DNA from: Minisyncoccia bacterium
GTDB taxonomy: Bacteria > Patescibacteriota > Minisyncoccia > SW-4-49-11
Assembly: GCA_044356325.1 (NCBI GenBank)
Contig: JBIKWJ010000002.1
Coordinates: 24,602 to 88,601, forward strand
DNA length: 64,000 bases
Reading direction: 5' to 3'
Below are positions 58,248 to 64,000 of the stretch, one piece after another (position 1 is the first letter of the stretch; each line of letters starts with the position of its first letter). A model generated the notes under the pieces. It saw only the letters and a program-made list of their open reading frames with translations. It searched no databases and was not told where the DNA came from. A program made the translations under genes and the position numbers.

Positions 58248-58765
58248 TTTTTCTTGGAGCTAGATTTTTTGATAGCAGGCTTGAGGAATGGGAGAAATAA
58301 TAGTGGAGATATAGTCCAGAATACCTGAAATGAATCTTTACTAAATAATGATTTTTCTATCGTATTAAGAATAGATTTATCTTGAGTTTTGATCACGCTC
58401 AATATATTGACAAGCAAAAGTCCCGCTACTGACACTCCAAATAATAAATTAAGTCCAAGATTTTTCTTTGATATGGAGAGTCCGCTGCCCAAAGCTGATA
58501 TTTGCAAAGCCCAATTAACAATAAGAGAAAAAAGTATGAATAATACGGCATCCCCAGGTAAATTCCCTATTTTAGGAATATCCCAAGGAAATACAGATAC
58601 TACCACTTGTCCGATATACAGGGCGAGAGCTAGAATAAAAATATCTTTCACCCCTTTTTGATAAATATAAATGGAAAGTCCAATTATAAGCACTATACTA
58701 ATCACAAAGTCCCCGGACAATGAGCTGGGTGTTACCTTACCAAATAACGGTTCAAATGCATCCAT
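58244..58765 (-). CDS. Hypothetical membrane protein (173 aa; possibly CvpA-like)
   Basis: Four hydrophobic helices and a Lys-rich C terminus. Confidence 0.35.
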   Translation of the reverse strand: MDAFEPLFGKVTPSSLSGDFVISIVLIIGLSIYIYQKGVKDIFILALALYIGQVVVSVFPWDIPKIGNLPGDAVLFILFSLIVNWALQISALGSGLSISKKNLGLNLLFGVSVAGLLLVNILSVIKTQDKSILNTIEKSLFSKDSFQVFWTISPLLFLPFLKPAIKKSSSKKK

Positions 58766-58797
58766 ATTTTTATATACTTAAAGTTTATTTAAGTATA

Positions 58798-59895
58798 TCA
58801 TATTCCTTCAGATTGCAAATCTTTTAGCAATTGTTGTGCTCGGCGAGATAAATGTTTGGGGGTAATAATTCTCACCGTTACAAACATATCTCCTCTACCT
58901 CGGCTTTGTAAATGAGGCATACCCTTTTCTTTAATACGGAATATTTCCCCCGATTGCGTAGATTTAGGAATTTTTAAATTCAATTCTCCTGCTAAAGTAT
59001 TAATATCCACATCTCCACCTAATGCCGCTGTGGTATACACTATATCTTGTGTATAATAAATATCATTTCCACGTCTTTCGAATTGCTTATGTTTTTTTAC
59101 TCTGATATGAATATAAATATTTCCAGCTCTACCACCAGCTGATGCTTCTCCTGCTCCTCGCATTTCTAGGGTTTGCCCATCAGATATTCCTTCTGGTACT
59201 GCGATTTCAATAGATTTACGCCGTCTCTTGACACCCTTTCCCTGACAACTCTTACAAATGGATTCTGGAATTTCTCCTCTTCCCTGACACGTATTACAGG
59301 TTTCTCTTTGGGCAAAATTTCCAAGCATAGTCCTCACCTGCCTCTCAACAAAGCCTTGTCCGCGACACTCAGTACATTGTTTCATTTTTTTATTCTGTGC
59401 TCCTGTTCCATCACAAGAATCACAAGCTATATTCAAATCTAATTCGACTGGTTTAGATATACCACTATATGCCTCTTCTAGGGTTATTTCTACCTCTAAT
59501 TGTATATCTCGACCTCTGGCTTGACCCTGAGAGCGACCTCGTCCATTTCCCCCAAATACATCTGAAAAGGCATCTTCAAAACCTCCCCCAAAAGAAAATC
59601 CAGATTGCCCAAATAAATCTTCAAAGGAAAACCCTTGAGCATTTCCATATCCCGAAAAACCTCCACCAGCATCTCCTCCAGCTTGCTGATAATTGGAACC
59701 AAATTGATTATATTGTTGACGCTTTTGAGGGTCACTAAGAGTCTGATAAGCCTCATTTACCTCTTTAAACTTAGTCTCATCTCCACCTTTTTTATCTGGA
59801 TGATAGGTATGAGCAAGTTTACGATAGGCTTTTTTTATCTCAGCATCATTAGCATCCTTGGATACCCCCAAAATGTCATAATAATCTTTTGCCAT
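58798..59895 (-). CDS. dnaJ: Chaperone DnaJ
   Basis: J domain MAKDYYDILGV...HPDK, a Gly-rich linker and four CxxCxGxG zinc-finger repeats. The start is moved from the ORF-track 60039 to the Met of MAKDYYDILGV. Confidence 0.9.
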   Translation of the reverse strand: MAKDYYDILGVSKDANDAEIKKAYRKLAHTYHPDKKGGDETKFKEVNEAYQTLSDPQKRQQYNQFGSNYQQAGGDAGGGFSGYGNAQGFSFEDLFGQSGFSFGGGFEDAFSDVFGGNGRGRSQGQARGRDIQLEVEITLEEAYSGISKPVELDLNIACDSCDGTGAQNKKMKQCTECRGQGFVERQVRTMLGNFAQRETCNTCQGRGEIPESICKSCQGKGVKRRRKSIEIAVPEGISDGQTLEMRGAGEASAGGRAGNIYIHIRVKKHKQFERRGNDIYYTQDIVYTTAALGGDVDINTLAGELNLKIPKSTQSGEIFRIKEKGMPHLQSRGRGDMFVTVRIITPKHLSRRAQQLLKDLQSEGI

Positions 59896-60334
59896 TACCT
59901 TTATTCTAATTAATAACTCTTGTATTATAGTATATCGTATTAGCAGTAATCTGTGAAGAGTGCTATTTTGGTTTTTTAGGTAAGAAAAAACCCGAGCCGC
60001 GAAACGGTCCGGGGGGGAAGGAAAAAAAGGTTTATTCAAACGGGTATATTATCATCCGACTCTTCTAGAGGAATCCTCAAAATAACTCGGCGTTCGGCAT
60101 CATATGCATCCCTATCCGTGATTTTTGAACGAGCTATGAGAGCCATACGATAGTCAGCGAGGGCAACTGTAACAGCCTTAAATTCGGAACCTAACAAGTC
60201 TAAAACCTCAAGAGGGAACTCCTAGACAATAGCATATTTCCCCACTTTTGTCTATGATATCTTTCTCATCTTAGTCCATAGTATGTATAAAATATAATAC
60301 ATCGTGTAGGTTTTGTAGAGTGAGTTTTGATGTG

Positions 60335-60525
60335 GTGGAGGTAGTCATCTGTCCCTCGCTGGCGAGGGGGTACCGCTTGCGGTGGGTGTGGACAATTGGC
60401 AAACTATATGTAAAAATTAAACACTGATTTTAATTATATCCACCCCGTCTAGCAAAGCTATCCACCCCTCGAGAGGGGAATTTTTAACACCAAATACAGG
60501 CGACTGAAAGGTCGCCCCTACAAAA
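60335..60525. repeat. GC-rich mosaic hairpin repeat cluster
   Basis: gtccctcgctggcgagggggtaccgcttgcggtgggtgtggaca, tccaccccgtctagcaaagctatccacccctcgagaggggaat and aggcgactgaaaggtcgcccctac. Confidence 0.8.
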
Positions 60526-60549
60526 AAATATCTGTCCAACTTTCTTACA

Positions 60550-61470
60550 TTAAAAAATAATAGTTTCTTTTTCAATATTTTTGATATGCAGATTAATGAA
60601 TTTATATTTAATTGCATTTCTATGTATAATATGAATTGCGAATCTTATTCCTGTCTGATACCAGCCCACAAGAGGTATAAAGGTTAGGAATATTACAAAA
60701 GATACCAAAGCTCCCCAAATTGGGCCACTCATCCAAGGCTCAAGGAATTTGTTGACATAAAGAGCAAATCCTTCTGCAATCGGGGTGTCAGGATTAAGAG
60801 GAATACCAAATCTTTGAGATAATTCAGATACTTGTTGTTTTACTACACCCTTATCGATAGGGCTTGAATTTGATAATTGATCTTTAGCTTCACTTTCTAT
60901 ATAATTACCAACTGAGCCTTGTATATTTACTCCGGGGGCAACTTCTTTTAATAGAGGGCTCAAAGCAGTAGTTTGACTTGAGATAAATGACTCATCTAAA
61001 ATAATTCCATTGGGATTTGTTTTGAGGGTGTTTCCATACACTAAAATCGAAGATAACAACATAAGCCAAATCACTAATCCTCTTGTATGGGGAAGAATGA
61101 TGGTCTTTGTTCGAAACGTAATATGATCTTTTTCACTGGTAATAATATTACGAGAAGTAGTTAATAATACTTCTATTCCTAAAACCAGAACGGCAATTAT
61201 CATATATTTTGTGATATTATCAAAAAACGGTATTAATACAAGTAAAGGTATACTATGTATGGCAATAAGAGTTTTGATGTGTAAATAACTATCTTCAATA
61301 CAAGAATACCAACCGAAAAGCCCCACATATACTATTCCCCATATACTTGTGAGGATAATACCCAGTAAACCCGCAATATAACCACCTATTGTGAGGATAA
61401 TACTACTTATTGTACAAAAAAATAATACCAATATTATTATTTCTATATAGAGAATTTTTTTATTTTGCAT
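60550..61470 (-). CDS. Hypothetical polytopic membrane protein (306 aa)
   Basis: Multiple TM helices at both ends with a soluble central segment. Confidence 0.45.
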   Translation of the reverse strand: MQNKKILYIEIIILVLFFCTISSIILTIGGYIAGLLGIILTSIWGIVYVGLFGWYSCIEDSYLHIKTLIAIHSIPLLVLIPFFDNITKYMIIAVLVLGIEVLLTTSRNIITSEKDHITFRTKTIILPHTRGLVIWLMLLSSILVYGNTLKTNPNGIILDESFISSQTTALSPLLKEVAPGVNIQGSVGNYIESEAKDQLSNSSPIDKGVVKQQVSELSQRFGIPLNPDTPIAEGFALYVNKFLEPWMSGPIWGALVSFVIFLTFIPLVGWYQTGIRFAIHIIHRNAIKYKFINLHIKNIEKETIIF

Positions 61471-61476
61471 ATATAT

Positions 61477-63249
61477 TTATCGTGAAAATTGTTTTTCGAA
61501 CCAATCTTTATCTAATTGTACCATAGTTGGGCGTCCATGACAGCAGGCAAATCCAAAATCTGTCTTGGCGGCATCTTTAATCAAAGCTTCTATTTCGGGC
61601 ATTGTCATACTATAGCCCGCTTTGATAGCAGATTTACAGGCTATGGTTTTGAGTAATTCAATTCTTAGCTCCCCGATATCTGTGGTATGCCCTCTTTCTT
61701 GAATAAGAGCAATAAGCCCCGCAATATACTCTTCTGCTTTTTGTGTTTTGGCAAGGAAAACGGGTATTGCTCGGATAATAATTTCAGCGGATCCAAAGTC
61801 ATCAACCTCAAATCCTGGTAATTGAGATAATACTTCAATAGTTATATCTTTTTCTGATTGAGGCACATTATGTGCAATAGGGAATAATAATTGTTGCGAA
61901 GCCACGGGTGTGTCTTGGCTCATCAATTGCTCCAGTATAACTTTTTCATGAACGGCATGTTGATCCAGAATTATAATCCCTTGTTGATTTGGGTATACAA
62001 TATAGGTGTCAAAAATATGAAGATATTGGGGCTTTAGCGTATCAGCTTCTAATAATTCTCTGAAATTAGGCTGTAGCTTTTCAAAAGAATATTCACCTTT
62101 TGTATTATGCTGTTTATAGCTATAGCTCGCAATATAGGGCTCTGATATATGAGATATTTGTGTTCGCTCTTTTAGGTGATAGCCTTCAAAGGCTTTATCT
62201 GAAGAGGGTTTTGGTATATAGTTTGAGTTGCTCGGAGCATTAAAGGTAGGAGATTTTGGTTTTAAAACCACTTCAAAAGCTGATTTTTGCAAAGTATCTC
62301 GTATAATATATTTTACCGCTTGAAATATAGCTCTCTCATCAATGAATTTTACCTCTGTTTTACGAGGATGAACATTTACATCCACCGCTTCTGGGGGAAT
62401 AGACAAGGATACAAAGGCAAATGGATAATGACCAACTTCTAACATAGTGTCAAAACCTTGCTGTATAGCTTTAGTGAGCAATGGCTGTATAACCGGTCTA
62501 TTATTGACAAATATATGATATTGAGGAGATTTTTTGGAAATACGAGGATGTCCAATAAAACCTCTTGCCTGTATACTAGCTCCTAGTGAATCAAGGGGAA
62601 GTAAATATTCTGATTCTTGTACTTTCAAAATTGCTATCACTCGAGACAAGGCATCGCTCGAACTAACATTAATAATTTCTCTTTTTTGAGAAGTATAGAT
62701 AAAAGCCACCTCGGGATGTACTAAAGCAATTTCCTCAATAATACGGGTAATATGAGCAAGTTCGGTATTATGTGTTTTGAGAAATTTTTTGCGAGCAGGG
62801 ACATTATAAAAGAGATTCCGAATAATAATAGTAGTACCAGTATTGTGTTTGGCGACTTGTTTAGTCTCATCGGTATGAGGATTATATTGATATCCAGTCT
62901 CTTCGGTAGCGGTACGCGTAATAAGTTCAACTTGGGCAACTGCCTGAATACTGGAGAGGGCCTCTCCTCGAAATCCCATAGTAGATAATGTTTGTAAATC
63001 CTCTATACTCTGGATTTTACTGGTAGCATGTCTTTGAAACACTTTATCAAAATCAGATTTTTCAATACCAATACCATTATCTTTTATACTTATTTCGGTA
63101 AGCCCCGCATCTAATATATCAATACTAATCTCAGTTGCCCCAGCATCGAGGGAATTTTCAATTAATTCTTTTACAATAGAAGCTGGTCTCTCCACAACCT
63201 CTCCTGCCGCAATTTGATTAATAATGTGTTTGGGTAATAATTGTATCAT
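61477..63249 (-). CDS. mutL: DNA mismatch repair protein MutL
   Basis: GHKL ATPase N terminus [31 protein letters not shown] plus a C-terminal dimerisation domain. Confidence 0.9.
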   Translation of the reverse strand: MIQLLPKHIINQIAAGEVVERPASIVKELIENSLDAGATEISIDILDAGLTEISIKDNGIGIEKSDFDKVFQRHATSKIQSIEDLQTLSTMGFRGEALSSIQAVAQVELITRTATEETGYQYNPHTDETKQVAKHNTGTTIIIRNLFYNVPARKKFLKTHNTELAHITRIIEEIALVHPEVAFIYTSQKREIINVSSSDALSRVIAILKVQESEYLLPLDSLGASIQARGFIGHPRISKKSPQYHIFVNNRPVIQPLLTKAIQQGFDTMLEVGHYPFAFVSLSIPPEAVDVNVHPRKTEVKFIDERAIFQAVKYIIRDTLQKSAFEVVLKPKSPTFNAPSNSNYIPKPSSDKAFEGYHLKERTQISHISEPYIASYSYKQHNTKGEYSFEKLQPNFRELLEADTLKPQYLHIFDTYIVYPNQQGIIILDQHAVHEKVILEQLMSQDTPVASQQLLFPIAHNVPQSEKDITIEVLSQLPGFEVDDFGSAEIIIRAIPVFLAKTQKAEEYIAGLIALIQERGHTTDIGELRIELLKTIACKSAIKAGYSMTMPEIEALIKDAAKTDFGFACCHGRPTMVQLDKDWFEKQFSR

Positions 63250-64000
63250 AATGAATTTTTCTCTTGTAATGTTGCCAATATACTCAAAGCCTCCAGCGGG
63301 GTAATATCATTGAGATTATATGAATGAATCTCGTGTAATAATGCTTTATATTTAGAAATATCGGGATGAGGAGTTATAATAGGCTGACTAGGGGTACTCG
63401 GCAAAAAAGATATTTGAGATTTTTTTTGCTCATATTGGTCTAAAGCTTTCTTTGCTAATTCTAACACATCAGAGGGAAATCCTGCTAACTGGGCTATTGC
63501 AATTCCATAGCTTTTATCTGCCCCACCCTTTTCAATACGGTGCAGGAACACAATATCTCCATTTGATTCTTGAATTTTTACCTGATAATTGATTACCCCT
63601 TGAAACTCTGTTTCCAGCCCTAATAATTCATGATAATGTGTCGCAAATAGAGTTCTGGCTCTAATAGTATTATGAATATATTCAATCAGTCCGCGTGCTA
63701 TACTCATTCCATCATAGGTAGAAGTACCTCTACCCACTTCATCCAGAATAATCAAACTCGAGGCGCTAGCATTATGCAAAATATTTGCAACTTCCAACAT
63801 CTCCACCATAAAGGTACTTTGACCCTCTCCCATATTATCTGAAGCACCAACTCGGGTAAATATTCTATCCACGATACCAATACGAGCTTGTTGAGCTGGG
63901 ACATAATAGCCCATTTGAGCCAATAATACAATTAATGCAATTTGCCTAATATAAGTTGACTTCCCCCCCATATTAGGGCCCGTGATTAGCATCAGAGAAT
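63246..64000 (-). CDS. mutS: DNA mismatch repair protein MutS, C-terminal ATPase portion (gene continues beyond the window end)
   Basis: Walker [13 protein letters not shown], the [14 protein letters not shown] region, and the ORF stays open at base 64000. Confidence 0.9.
   Translation of the reverse strand, partial: SLMLITGPNMGGKSTYIRQIALIVLLAQMGYYVPAQQARIGIVDRIFTRVGASDNMGEGQSTFMVEMLEVANILHNASASSLIILDEVGRGTSTYDGMSIARGLIEYIHNTIRARTLFATHYHELLGLETEFQGVINYQVKIQESNGDIVFLHRIEKGGADKSYGIAIAQLAGFPSDVLELAKKALDQYEQKKSQISFLPSTPSQPIITPHPDISKYKALLHEIHSYNLNDITPLEALSILATLQEKNSL

Noticed and set aside
59896-60039. 48-codon N-terminal extension of DnaJ in the ORF track
   Set aside because: The J domain begins at MAKDYYDILGV. 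The extension has no similarity to DnaJ homologs.
1-64000. CRISPR array, cas genes, integrase, transposase or prophage
   Set aside because: No regularly spaced direct repeats were seen (the GC-rich repeats are irregular, mosaic and palindromic). No recombinase, transposase or phage structural signatures were recognised in any ORF.

Overview
This is an AT-rich (about 33-35% GC), gene-dense bacterial window with short intergenic spacers and many small hypothetical membrane or secreted proteins. The gene content resembles a reduced-genome (CPR/Patescibacteria-like) bacterium, but this is inferred, not verified. Housekeeping content I can support: valS (C-terminal fragment), two adjacent tRNAs (one with an abnormal anticodon loop), tRNA-Leu, uvrA, a processive GT2 glycosyltransferase, xseA, rpmF (missed by the ORF track), efp, polA, yebC-ruvC, zwf, a split SUF system (sufBD and sufS-sufU-sufC-sufT), rnhA, the ribosomal cluster infA-rpmJ-rpsM-rpsK-rpsD-rpoA-rplQ-rplM-rpsI, pnp-rpsO, nrdR, dnaJ and mutL-mutS. 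The accessory content holds the more interesting findings. (1) A five-gene cluster at 39.0-44.9 kb: a 7TM protein, an alpha-L-glutamate-ligase-like ATP-grasp fused to a retropepsin-like domain, two more ATP-grasp ligases, and a large HExxH protein with a QEGGA motif. This looks like a predicted but uncharacterized peptide-ligase/modification system. (2) A large single-chain Type IIG-like restriction-modification enzyme with a ~350-bp GC-rich repeat element inserted in frame. (3) A mosaic family of GC-rich hairpin repeats occupying almost every non-operonic spacer. (4) A CrtI/CrtD-like desaturase, a UbiA prenyltransferase and a Trp-rich membrane protein together, reminiscent of C50-carotenoid/bacterioruberin modules. 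(5) Two GC-rich islands and two promoter-to-terminator units that look like unannotated ncRNAs. No CRISPR array, integrase or transposase was seen.
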